Assembly: GCA_963840855.1 (NCBI GenBank)
Contig: CAWJBB010000081.1
Location: 1 to 64,000, forward strand
DNA length: 64,000 nt
Reading direction: 5' to 3'
Source of the DNA: an uncultured delta proteobacterium
GTDB taxonomy: Bacteria > Desulfobacterota > Binatia > UBA9968
Shown here: piece after piece, positions 40,161 through 49,506 of the stretch
How the letters are laid out: every line of letters starts with the position of its first letter
Position numbering within the stretch: the stretch's first letter is position 1
The notes under the pieces: generated by a model
What the model saw: the letters and a program-made list of their open reading frames with translations, nothing else
What the model was told of the DNA's origin: nothing
Database searches by the model: none
Translations under genes and position numbers: made by a program

Positions 40161-40685
40161 ATGTCGGTTCCAGAGCACACTTCGGTCCACGAGCATAAAG
40201 AAAGGGCGAAAAGAAGTATTCGCTGTTTTGTCGTAACTGTCAGCGACACGCGGGATGAGACCACGGATACGAGCGGCCTGGCGATTAAGAAGTACTTGAG
40301 TGATGAAGGCCATCAGACGGCCGGTTACCGCATCGTCAAAGACGAACCGGACCAGATAGAAGCGGCACTCAATGACGCGCTTGGCGGCGGCGATGTCGAG
40401 GCGGTGATCGTCAACGGCGGTACCGGTATCGCACCGCGGGACGGCACCTATGAAGTCGTGAGCCGGTTTTTGGAGAAGAAGCTCGACGGCTTCGGCGAGA
40501 TTTTTCGCTATTTAAGTTTCCTAGACATCGGTTCGGCGGCGATCATGAGCCGTGCCGCGGCGGGAACGGCGCGCGGCAAAATATTGATCTCCCTGCCGGG
40601 GTCGAAGGGAGCCGTCACGCTGGCTATGGAGAAACTCATCTTGCCGGAAATCCGCCACATGGTTTCGCAGCTCCAGGGACGATGA
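40161..40685 (+). CDS. moaB: Molybdenum cofactor biosynthesis protein MoaB/MogA
   Basis: VTVSDTR, NGGTGIAPRD, SRAAAG, LPGS. Confidence 0.92.
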   Translation: MSVPEHTSVHEHKERAKRSIRCFVVTVSDTRDETTDTSGLAIKKYLSDEGHQTAGYRIVKDEPDQIEAALNDALGGGDVEAVIVNGGTGIAPRDGTYEVVSRFLEKKLDGFGEIFRYLSFLDIGSAAIMSRAAAGTARGKILISLPGSKGAVTLAMEKLILPEIRHMVSQLQGR

Positions 40686-40927
40686 AAGTTCGAGTCAAGT
40701 TCTTCGCCATTCTCCGGGAGCGGGCGGGAACGGCCGACGCCACAAAAGAGCTTGCCGAAGGCAGCACGGTGTCCGACCTTTGGCAGGCGCTCAGGAAAGA
40801 TTACCCTAAGCTGGATGTTCCAGGAATTCGCCTCCTGTACGCCGTGAATCGAAGCTACGTGAGTCCGGATCATAAACTTGCCGACCAGGACGAAGTGGTT
40901 TTTATTCCTCCCGTGAGCGGGGGTTAG
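40682..40927 (+). CDS. moaD: Molybdopterin synthase sulfur carrier subunit
   Basis: FFAILRE, AVN, PPVSGG C-terminus. Confidence 0.95.
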   Translation: MKVRVKFFAILRERAGTADATKELAEGSTVSDLWQALRKDYPKLDVPGIRLLYAVNRSYVSPDHKLADQDEVVFIPPVSGG

Positions 40928-40929
40928 AG

Positions 40930-41361
40930 ATGTTTCGTGTAACCAACCAGCCGTTAAATCTCCAAGAACTTGTCGATTTTGTCACCGATCCGGGTGCGGG
41001 TGCCATTGCGACGTTTATCGGTACGACGCGCAATAACAATGAGGGGCGCAGGGTCGTCGCTCTCGATTACGATGCCTATCCGGAGATGGCTGAGAAGGAA
41101 CTGAGACGAATTGGCGACGACGCAAGCAAGAAATGGCAGCTTTGCCGCATGGCGATCGTGCACCGCATCGGTCCCGTTCAAATTACCCAAGCGAGCGTCA
41201 TGATCGCCGTATCATCGGCGCATCGCGAGGCGGCCTTCGCCGCTTGCCGGTTCGCCATCGAAGAGATCAAAAAAACCGTGCCGATCTGGAAAAAGGAACT
41301 TTATGAAGGTGGAGAGTTATGGATCGGCACGCAAAGTGGCCAGCCTATGCTCGGCGGCTAA
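40930..41361 (+). CDS. moaE: Molybdopterin synthase catalytic subunit
   Basis: GAIATFIGTTR, HRIG, SSAHR, PIWKKE. Confidence 0.95.
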   Translation: MFRVTNQPLNLQELVDFVTDPGAGAIATFIGTTRNNNEGRRVVALDYDAYPEMAEKELRRIGDDASKKWQLCRMAIVHRIGPVQITQASVMIAVSSAHREAAFAACRFAIEEIKKTVPIWKKELYEGGELWIGTQSGQPMLGG

Positions 41362-41379
41362 GCGCCCGAGCCTGAAAAG

Positions 41380-42060
41380 TCACTGGTTCTGATTTAATAT
41401 TTTTCCCCGGACGCGCGAACGCAGCCAGATGATCACGGCGAGAGTCGCGGCGATGAGCAAAGCGGAGACGATGGATTCGGCTTTGTCGATTCCCTTCGCA
41501 ATGCCGTGATAGGTTTCGCCGAGTCCCCAGCCGAGATAACCAAGAAAAAGGCAGCGCGGAATTGTTCCGTAAAACGTCCAAAGGCTGAATTGTTTGACCG
41601 GCAGCCGAAGCAGCCCCGCCGCGGCAGAGATAACGGAGAGCGGAAAGATCGGCAAGGCGCGCAGGAAAAATATCGAAGCCTTGACCCCGCTGTCCTTAAA
41701 CCTCCGTTCCATCGCTTCGACGTCGCTCCAGCTAAATCCCAGAAAGGATTTCCAGCGGTCGATCATCGGCTTCCCGCCAAAGTAGCCGATGCCATAGCCG
41801 ATATAGGCGCCGACGGTGGAAGCGATGGAGCCGGGCAAGACGATCTGAAGAACAATCGGCGCCAGCGCTTCCATAAATTTCAAGTCCGCACTGATAAGCA
41901 CGAAGCCCGCGCCCATGATGATCAGCGGCGACGGGATCGGCACGATCACCGATTCAATAATAACGCCGATAAAAACACTCCATGGCCCGTAGGCGCGGAT
42001 GGAGTCCATGATCCAATTGAGAATATCGGCCAAGTGCCCTCTCTCCCAAAAAATCTTCAT
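41380..42060 (-). CDS. DedA/VTT family membrane protein
   Basis: IESVIVPIPS, GYFGGKP, FLRALP, ISAAAG; start uncertain. Confidence 0.85.
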   Translation of the reverse strand: MKIFWERGHLADILNWIMDSIRAYGPWSVFIGVIIESVIVPIPSPLIIMGAGFVLISADLKFMEALAPIVLQIVLPGSIASTVGAYIGYGIGYFGGKPMIDRWKSFLGFSWSDVEAMERRFKDSGVKASIFFLRALPIFPLSVISAAAGLLRLPVKQFSLWTFYGTIPRCLFLGYLGWGLGETYHGIAKGIDKAESIVSALLIAATLAVIIWLRSRVRGKILNQNQ

Positions 42061-42108
42061 TCAGAGTAGCAGTAAATTCGAGTGAAGTTAACCCAAGCCC
42101 GGCGGGGC

Positions 42109-43548
42109 TCAGATGACCTGGAGAATCGTCAGCAGGTAAAGCGCAGCAAGGACAAGATAGGCGAGAGAGGAGATCACGAGTAATACGAGATTCAATTTTC
42201 CCGGCCGCGCCATGGCGGGCAAGTGACGCGGCAGATAAACATGATTGAGAAAGATCAGAGCGACGGTGAACAGCACCGTGCCGACGAATCCGATAACGGC
42301 GGATAGAAGTATCAGCGGCCCGGGCTCGGCGAAGCCCATTGTAAGGCCGGTGATGCCGGTCAGGAGAAAAAGAAAGACGAGATACCAGGCGCGAAACGAA
42401 ATCGACTGCGAGCGGGGGAAAAAGGCATAAATGCAGTCCGTATGGATACGGCTGACGGCGTCGACGGTCGCCACCCAGGTATCGGAGAGAAAAGCCGCGG
42501 CGATGATTAAGAAAATCATTCTCCCGGCCAAGCCCCAGCCCGCTTCGAAGAAGCGGCTCTGCACCACTGCGAGCTCCCATCCCTGCGGAATGAGTCCTTT
42601 GGGAAAGAGCAGCGCATAAGCCAATAGACAGGTCATGAGGGTGGTCAAGAGATTGCCGCCGATGCCGATGCTGATGTCGCAAAAAAGATAGCGATTCCAC
42701 CGGCGCACATGCGCTAGCCCTTCATCGTTGCCCGGCAGGGAGCCTGACGCTGGTATCGTCTCCGGCTTACCCGTGATCGGCCCGGTGAGCCTGCCCATGT
42801 AATGCGCCATGCCGACGCCTTTGTCGCGCGCCCAATAGGAATAAAAAAGCGACCAGAATCCGCCCAGCCCCGCGAAGGTGATAGCCGTCAGAAGCTTTGT
42901 CGCGTCCGCCGGGTCCCAGGGGCGCGGCATGGTGGAGGGCGGGACGAACAAACCTTTGATAAAGGCCGGCAGTACCTGCAACGCTTCCTGGTTTGCGCTT
43001 GCCCACAGAAGTCCAACGAGCGTTACCAGGGCGACGACCCGCATGAAAATCTCGACGAAACGGTAGATCACTTTGCTCAGAAGGATAGCCGCGAGAAAAA
43101 CCGCCATGGAACAGTAGCCCCAGAAGAGCGTTTGTTCCTTGGGCGACCAGGCCGCGGGAAAATTTGTCAGCGCCGCCAAAGAGGTTCCGCCAGCGGCGGC
43201 AAAGGCGCCGAACCAGAGGAAGGAAAGCGTCATCAGAATCCAGAGCGCCAGCGCAAAGAAGCGGTTTAACCGGATGAAGCCTTGGAAAATGCTCTCGCCG
43301 GTGAGCAGGGTGTAGCGGCCGATTTCGTAGATGACCGGGAACTGGAGCAAGCAGGCCGGCAGCAGAAGAAAAAGAAACGTCAGGCCGTATTTCGCGATAA
43401 TATAGGGCCACCAGATGAGTTCCCCACTGCCTTGGGCGAGGGCCATGAAGATAACGCCGGGCCCCAAGGCAGAGAGCAAATTGATAAGCGGCGGCAGCGG
43501 AGCGCGCTTGAAAGGCGGTAGGGTCCCCCAGAGTCGGCGGTCCGACAT
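42109..43548 (-). CDS. Nramp-like membrane transporter (YcsG/MntH-related)
   Basis: LGPG..ALAQGSGELIWWP, RYTLLTGESIF; many hydrophobic segments. Confidence 0.75.
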   Translation of the reverse strand: MSDRRLWGTLPPFKRAPLPPLINLLSALGPGVIFMALAQGSGELIWWPYIIAKYGLTFLFLLLPACLLQFPVIYEIGRYTLLTGESIFQGFIRLNRFFALALWILMTLSFLWFGAFAAAGGTSLAALTNFPAAWSPKEQTLFWGYCSMAVFLAAILLSKVIYRFVEIFMRVVALVTLVGLLWASANQEALQVLPAFIKGLFVPPSTMPRPWDPADATKLLTAITFAGLGGFWSLFYSYWARDKGVGMAHYMGRLTGPITGKPETIPASGSLPGNDEGLAHVRRWNRYLFCDISIGIGGNLLTTLMTCLLAYALLFPKGLIPQGWELAVVQSRFFEAGWGLAGRMIFLIIAAAFLSDTWVATVDAVSRIHTDCIYAFFPRSQSISFRAWYLVFLFLLTGITGLTMGFAEPGPLILLSAVIGFVGTVLFTVALIFLNHVYLPRHLPAMARPGKLNLVLLVISSLAYLVLAALYLLTILQVI

Positions 43549-43558
43549 GCGCCGCGCT

Positions 43559-44287
43559 CTAGTCGATGCGGTGGACCGCGCCGTCGGGCAGAGAAGCGAG
43601 AAAACTCTGTAAGGCGCGATCGAGGTAGGCGGCGTCTTTCGATTCTAGAGTCACTTTGACCTTGTAGTCGGGTAAATCGAGGACCGGATAAGAACCAAGC
43701 AGAAGCTCCGGAAACTTCGCCAACAATTCGTTGAGCATCGCGGCGATGACTCCCTCGCCATATTTGAGATAAACGTTCTTCAGAAAATAGGGCGCTTCGC
43801 GAAAGCGTTCTTTGATGGCGTGGAAGCGTTCCTGGAGAATCTTCGGAATGCCCGGGAAAATGTAGACGTTGCGGTAATTCACCACGGGAGCGAAGAGCGC
43901 CTCGGTGGCCAACAGAGTAGCGCCCTCCGGGACATTCGCCATTCTCAGTCTGGCCTCGTTGACGTCGTTACCAAGGCGCTGGTACATTCGCCGCTCGATA
44001 TCGGGATGGCGCACGACTTTCACGCCGAAGCCGTGGGCGATGCCGTCGATGGTCACGTCGTCGTGCGTCGGCCCGACGCCGCCGGACGTAAAAACATAGT
44101 CAAAGCGTTTGGAAAAATCCGCAACTTCCACGCCGATCAGCTCGATTTCGTCTTGAATGGTAGAAATCCTCTGCACTTCGACGCCGAGCTGACGCAGTTC
44201 CGTGCAGAAGAAGTGAGAATTGGTGTCCAGGGTTTTCCCCGAGAGGACTTCGTTGCCAATAATCACGATACCAGCGGTTTTGGACAT
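43559..44287 (-). CDS. CinA-like molybdopterin-binding domain protein
   Basis: IIGNEVLSGKTLDTNS, SGGVGPTHDDVT, FPGIP. Confidence 0.9.
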   Translation of the reverse strand: MSKTAGIVIIGNEVLSGKTLDTNSHFFCTELRQLGVEVQRISTIQDEIELIGVEVADFSKRFDYVFTSGGVGPTHDDVTIDGIAHGFGVKVVRHPDIERRMYQRLGNDVNEARLRMANVPEGATLLATEALFAPVVNYRNVYIFPGIPKILQERFHAIKERFREAPYFLKNVYLKYGEGVIAAMLNELLAKFPELLLGSYPVLDLPDYKVKVTLESKDAAYLDRALQSFLASLPDGAVHRID

Positions 44288-44428
44288 GGTCTGTTTTCTA
44301 CCGCAATGAAGCGGTCACTCGCAAGCGGGGCGCAGCCACAGCGCGGCTTCGGGACCCGCGCACCGAGCTGTTGGGAAACTTGGCAAGCAAAAAGGGGGAT
44401 GACAAAGCACGTGCCGGAGGAGTCCGCA

Positions 44429-44602
44429 TCACATGTCGAATTCGCTGCAACTCATGAAGAAACGGCAAAGGGGATTGGAGCAGACAAATCGACATTTATG
44501 GTTCACCAGCCTAGAGCTGCAAACCGGGCAAAACTCCCACCAATTGTCTTCTTTCTGGTCGGACGCGTTATTTACCTCCGGATCAGTCCGAATGTCCTTC
44601 AT
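44429..44602 (-). CDS. Small Cys-rich zinc-finger protein
   Basis: WEFCPVCSSRLVNHKCRFVCSNPLCRFFMSCSEFDM. Confidence 0.65.
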   Translation of the reverse strand: MKDIRTDPEVNNASDQKEDNWWEFCPVCSSRLVNHKCRFVCSNPLCRFFMSCSEFDM

Positions 44603-44749
44603 TAATGGTAGTTGTAATTCAATCCCTCGATGCTGGCAAACGGTTTTTTGTTGTGGCGGAATAAATTGAACTCTCCCCAAAAATCGTAATATAGTTCGAA
44701 GAACGTTAACCGGCCGCTCGGCGGAGACCATAATGGCGTCGGTTCAACT

Positions 44750-45001
44750 ATGGACGCATCGAATACCAACGGAGATCAACCTCTCCCGGAGTTCGTTGAA
44801 GAATTCAAAAGGCGGCGCCGGCGCGAGCGCTGGTCCGCCTTTCTGGCGCCGCTCATCACGCTGGTCTCCATCGTCGTTTCAATTGGCCTTCTGATGTTTA
44901 TCATACGGACCCGCGAGCAGCGTGTCCCGCACAATCCGCTTTTCCAGCAGCACGGCGCGCGGCCACCATCGGACGTACCCCCAACGCGGCCGCAGCCGTA
45001 A
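44750..45001 (+). CDS. Hypothetical single-pass membrane protein
   Basis: Basic stretch KRRRRRER followed by one hydrophobic helix. Confidence 0.55.
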   Translation: MDASNTNGDQPLPEFVEEFKRRRRRERWSAFLAPLITLVSIVVSIGLLMFIIRTREQRVPHNPLFQQHGARPPSDVPPTRPQP

Positions 45002-45026
45002 CAACGCAAAGGATGACTGTAGCGGA

Positions 45027-46229
45027 GTGAGACTACCCCCGGCGCTGCGCTATCGCGATTTCCGCGTCTTTACCGCTGGCTATCTGCCGGCGGAAACCGG
45101 CGAGTACATTCATTTCGTCATCCAAAACTGGCTCGCCTGGGAACTGACCCATTCCGCATTTGCCCTGGGCCTGATTGGATTCTGCGAATTTGCGCCGCGC
45201 TTCGTCTTCGGTCCCATCGGCGGCGTGATTGCCGACCGCATGGACCGCCGCAAGCTGCTCATCATCAGCCGGGCTGCCAATCTTCTGCACACCCTGGTTT
45301 TCGCGTCGCTGGTTTACTTTGAAGTGATTCAATTCTGGCACATCGTCGTGCTGGTAGTTTTCATGGCCATCGTCAGCTCTTTCAGCACGGCGGCACAACA
45401 GGTCTTGATCGTTTCGCTCGTGCCCCAGGAGGGTGTGGTAAGCGCTCTGGCGTTGCACTCCGCGACGCATAACCTGACCAAAGTCATCGGACCATCCATC
45501 GGCGGCGTACTGCTGACCCTCATCGGCGCCGCGCCATGTTTGATGATACAGGCTTTGACGATCTTGTGCATGCTCGTCGCGCTGTTCAAATTGCCCGTGC
45601 CTAGGACGCGGGTCTCGGCTGCAAAAGGCGACTGGTGGAAGGATATCGCCGAAGGAGTTTCGTATCTGCGCCAGAACCGCCGTGTCTTTGCAACTATTCT
45701 CACCACCTATTCCAACGGTTTCTTCGGTATCTCATATGCTCAATTCCTGCCGTATTTCGCCCAAGAGGTTTTGCATGTCGGACCGTCGGGGTATGGTCTT
45801 TTGGTATCCGCTCCGGGCGCGGGCGCGGTGGTGATCAGTTTTTTTCTTTCCACGCTCACGCGTTTGCAAGGCATGCGCCGGCTGCTCACGGGCGCCAGTC
45901 TTATCTATGCGGGGGCGATTTTTATGTTTGCAATTTCTCCGTTCATGGTCCCGTCGACGATCTTGCTTGCCGTGGTGGGTTCCATGCAGATGAGCTACCG
46001 CGTGCTGGCGCGGGCGATCATTCAAGAAGAGTGTCCAGAGCATCTTCTCGGACGCGCCATGAGTTTGTTCTTTCTCGACCGCGGTTTCGGTTCCCTGGGC
46101 GCCATCGGCATCGGCAGCGTCGCGGCAATTATTCCGGTGCCCTTTGCCGTGGCGGGCAGCGCCATGGCTTGCGGCGTCGTCTCGTGGATTTTGCCACGGT
46201 GGGCGGCGGTGACGAAAGCTTCCGTTTGA
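45027..46229 (+). CDS. MFS transporter (MFS_3/EntS-like)
   Basis: ALRYRDFR, GGVIADRMDRRKLL, GPSIGG; GTG start inferred. Confidence 0.88.
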   Translation: MRLPPALRYRDFRVFTAGYLPAETGEYIHFVIQNWLAWELTHSAFALGLIGFCEFAPRFVFGPIGGVIADRMDRRKLLIISRAANLLHTLVFASLVYFEVIQFWHIVVLVVFMAIVSSFSTAAQQVLIVSLVPQEGVVSALALHSATHNLTKVIGPSIGGVLLTLIGAAPCLMIQALTILCMLVALFKLPVPRTRVSAAKGDWWKDIAEGVSYLRQNRRVFATILTTYSNGFFGISYAQFLPYFAQEVLHVGPSGYGLLVSAPGAGAVVISFFLSTLTRLQGMRRLLTGASLIYAGAIFMFAISPFMVPSTILLAVVGSMQMSYRVLARAIIQEECPEHLLGRAMSLFFLDRGFGSLGAIGIGSVAAIIPVPFAVAGSAMACGVVSWILPRWAAVTKASV

Positions 46230-46282
46230 TTGGGCATGTACTTTGTTTATAATCGATCATTCGCTGGAGCTTGATTGAAAAC

Positions 46283-47677
46283 ATGACGGAAATAGGTGTC
46301 ATAATTTTGGCGGCGGGCCGGGGTACTCGAATGAAGTCCGGCTTGCCCAAGGTGTTGCATAGAATCGGCGGCAAACCGCTTTTTTTGCATGTCCTGAAAA
46401 CTGCGAGGCTTTTGCAACCGCGCCGCGTGGCAATTGTCGTTGGATATGGCGCGGATGCGGTGCGGCATGCCTACGGCGGCGCTGACGTAACCTGGGTGAC
46501 GCAGGAAAATCAGCTTGGCACGGGACATGCTGTACTGTCCGCCAAGCGGAGCTTCAGTGATTTTCCCGGCGATCTCTTAATTCTCAGCGGCGATGTGCCT
46601 CTGATTTCGGAGCAGACTCTTCGAACGATGGTTGCCCGCCATCGCGATGAAAAGGCGGCGCTGACGCTCATGACGGCTGTTTTGGACAAGCCGAGCGGCT
46701 ATGGCCGTATCCTGCGCGATGGCCACGGCGCGCTAAAGGCGACCGTTGAAGAGAAGGACGCAACGGAGGAGCAGCGGCGGATTCAGGAAGTGAGCGTCGG
46801 GGCGTATGTCGCGCAGGGAGAATTTCTTTTTAAAACTCTGGAACAAGTCAGGAACGATAACCGGCAAGGGGAATATTATCTACCGGATATTGTCGGCATC
46901 GGGATCGTCCACGGACGGAAGATCGCGACGGTACAGGTCGCAGACCCAAGGGAGATGATGGGAATCAATACCCGAGAGGAGCTTGCGCGTATGGAAAAGA
47001 CCCTGCGGGAACGCATTAATAAAAGATGGATGGACGCCGGCGTCACGCTCAAGGATCCAGATACCACATACATCGAGGACGGCGTGACCATCGGCCGCGA
47101 CACTGTTATCGGTCCCAACACCCAGCTTTGCGGCCGTACGATTATCGGTGAGCGCTGTCAAATCGACGGCACCGCCTTTCTCACGGACGTCGAAATCGGT
47201 GATGACGTGCAGCTGAAATTTTCGGTTGTGATGACGAGTTCGCGCATCGATCCCGGCGCCATCGTTGGCCCGTTTGCGCATTTGCGTCCCGGAACATGGT
47301 TGGGGCGCAACGTGCACATCGGCAACTTTGTGGAAGCCAAAGCGGCTCAAATCGGCGAAGGCACCAAGGCGAATCATCTTACCTATCTCGGTGACGTCAC
47401 CATCGGCCGCGACACCAATATCGGAGCCGGCACGATCACCTGCAATTTCGACGGTTTTAACAAATACAAAACCCAGATCGGTGACCGCGTGCAAGTCGGA
47501 AGCGATACGACCCTGGTGGCGCCGGTCGCCCTCGGCGACGACGCCTATGTTGCGACGGCGACCACGGTGCGCCGCGATGTTCCGGCCGGCTCGCTGGTTT
47601 ATAACGAGCGCCAGGAACGGGTGCGCGAAGGGTGGACCGAGAAAAAGCGGAACAAAATGAAGGGTACGAAAGATTAA
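46283..47677 (+). CDS. glmU: Bifunctional UDP-GlcNAc pyrophosphorylase / GlcN-1-P acetyltransferase
   Basis: LAAGRGTRMKS, QLGTGHAV, EYYLPD, GPFAHLRP, HLTYLGD. Confidence 0.97.
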   Translation: MTEIGVIILAAGRGTRMKSGLPKVLHRIGGKPLFLHVLKTARLLQPRRVAIVVGYGADAVRHAYGGADVTWVTQENQLGTGHAVLSAKRSFSDFPGDLLILSGDVPLISEQTLRTMVARHRDEKAALTLMTAVLDKPSGYGRILRDGHGALKATVEEKDATEEQRRIQEVSVGAYVAQGEFLFKTLEQVRNDNRQGEYYLPDIVGIGIVHGRKIATVQVADPREMMGINTREELARMEKTLRERINKRWMDAGVTLKDPDTTYIEDGVTIGRDTVIGPNTQLCGRTIIGERCQIDGTAFLTDVEIGDDVQLKFSVVMTSSRIDPGAIVGPFAHLRPGTWLGRNVHIGNFVEAKAAQIGEGTKANHLTYLGDVTIGRDTNIGAGTITCNFDGFNKYKTQIGDRVQVGSDTTLVAPVALGDDAYVATATTVRRDVPAGSLVYNERQERVREGWTEKKRNKMKGTKD

Positions 47678-49506
47678 TGTGTGGCATAGTCGGTTACATC
47701 GGCAAGCAGGATGCTGCGCCGCTGATCCTCGAAAGTCTCAAGAAACTTGAATACCGGGGGTACGACTCGGCGGGGATTGCCGTGGTTACCAACGGCCGGG
47801 CGGAAGTGCGCCGCTGCGAAGGCAAGCTCAAAAACCTGGAATCCTTGCTCGAACGCGAGCCGATAAGGGGAACCATCGGCATCGGTCATACCCGTTGGGC
47901 GACCCATGGCCGCCCGTCTGAAACCAACGCGCACCCGCATCGCGCCGGCGACGTTGTGGTGGTGCACAACGGGATCATTGAAAACTACCTCGATCTCAAA
48001 GCAGAACTGATCGCGCGCGACACGAAATTCTCCTCCGAGACGGACACTGAAATCGTCGCCCATTTGGTTGGCGAAAAAGTCGCCAAAGGAATTGATTTTT
48101 TCGACGCGGTCAGGAAAAGCCTGAAAGAGATTCGCGGTTCTTACGCGCTACTGTTTCTCAACCAGAAAGATCCCACGCGGCTTGTGGTGGCAAAAAATTC
48201 GACGCCCATCGTGATCGGCTGGGGCGATGGTGAAACTTTTATCGCTTCGGATATTCCCGCGCTGCTCGACCACACTCGCAAAGTGACCTTCCTCGAGGAC
48301 GGCGAGGTCGCCGAGGTTGCCATTGGTTCGTTTCGGCTGTTTGACGGTAAGGGCAAGGCCGTTCAACGGCCTGTCAAAGAGATTACCTGGGATGCCGTGG
48401 CAGCGCGCAAAGATGGGTACGACCATTTCATGCTCAAGGAGATTCACGATCAACCGCGCGCCGTTGCCGATACCTTTCGCGGCCGGATTTCCCTCAAAGA
48501 GGGCGACGTGGCGCTTGAAGACCTGCGCATTACCGACAGCCAGGCAAAAAAGGTTCAACGTCTTCATCTGGTCGCCTGCGGCACCGCCTGGCACGCCTGC
48601 CTGGTCGGAAAGTTCATGCTCGAGGAAATTGCGGGCCTTCCGGCGGAAGTAGATTACGGCTCAGAGTTTCGCTATCGCTCGCCGATGATGGATTCGCGTT
48701 CGATGCTCTTGATGGTGAGCCAGTCCGGCGAAACCGCGGATACGCTCGCGGCGGTGGAAATTGCCCGGCGGAAAAAAGCCAAGGTTCTCTCCATCTGCAA
48801 CGTCGTCGATTCCTCCATCCCGAGAAAGTCGGACGGCGTTTTGTATACCCACGCCGGGCCGGAGATCAGCGTCGCGAGCACCAAGGCCTTTACCACGCAG
48901 CTTACCGCGCTTTATCTCTTGGCGGTCGCGTTGGGGCGGCGCCGCGGAACTGTCAATCGCGCGCAAGCGACAAATTACCTGGCGGCTCTCTTGCATCTGC
49001 CGCACTGGATCGAGGAAGCGCTGAAGACTGAAAGCGAAATCAAGCCCTTGGCGCGGGAGTTGATCAGCGCCAACGATTTTCTCTACCTTGGCCGCGGCAT
49101 CAATTATCCCATCGCCCTTGAGGGAGCGCTCAAGCTCAAAGAGATTTCGTATATTCACGCCGAAGGTTACCCCGCGGGCGAAATGAAACATGGCCCCATC
49201 GCGCTCATCGATGAAAAAATGCCGGTGGTTGTGCTGATGCCGCGTGACCGCTATTTTCAGAAGTCGCTGGGAAACTTAAAAGAAGTCGAGTCCCGCGGCG
49301 GCAAGGTCATTATCGTGACCGATGAGGAAAAACTTCCGGCTGATATCCCGTCCTACGGCTTGTTAAGGGTACCCAAGGCGTCGCATTTTCTGACCCCCAT
49401 CGTAATGAGCATTCCGCTGCAGCTGCTGGCTTACACCATCGCGGTCATGCGCGGCACCGACGTGGATCAGCCGCGCAATCTCGCCAAGAGCGTAACGGTG
49501 GAATAA
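47677..49506 (+). CDS. glmS: Glutamine--fructose-6-phosphate transaminase
   Basis: MCGIVG, EYRGYDSAG, GHTRWATHG, SQSGETADT, PRNLAKSVTVE. Confidence 0.98.
   Translation: MCGIVGYIGKQDAAPLILESLKKLEYRGYDSAGIAVVTNGRAEVRRCEGKLKNLESLLEREPIRGTIGIGHTRWATHGRPSETNAHPHRAGDVVVVHNGIIENYLDLKAELIARDTKFSSETDTEIVAHLVGEKVAKGIDFFDAVRKSLKEIRGSYALLFLNQKDPTRLVVAKNSTPIVIGWGDGETFIASDIPALLDHTRKVTFLEDGEVAEVAIGSFRLFDGKGKAVQRPVKEITWDAVAARKDGYDHFMLKEIHDQPRAVADTFRGRISLKEGDVALEDLRITDSQAKKVQRLHLVACGTAWHACLVGKFMLEEIAGLPAEVDYGSEFRYRSPMMDSRSMLLMVSQSGETADTLAAVEIARRKKAKVLSICNVVDSSIPRKSDGVLYTHAGPEISVASTKAFTTQLTALYLLAVALGRRRGTVNRAQATNYLAALLHLPHWIEEALKTESEIKPLARELISANDFLYLGRGINYPIALEGALKLKEISYIHAEGYPAGEMKHGPIALIDEKMPVVVLMPRDRYFQKSLGNLKEVESRGGKVIIVTDEEKLPADIPSYGLLRVPKASHFLTPIVMSIPLQLLAYTIAVMRGTDVDQPRNLAKSVTVE

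Noticed and set aside
44310-44400. GC-rich pairing upstream of the CinA-like gene as a riboswitch
   Set aside because: Short possible stems only, with no recognisable aptamer motif.
47600-47680. glmS ribozyme
   Set aside because: The glmU stop overlaps the glmS start (TAATG), leaving no leader.
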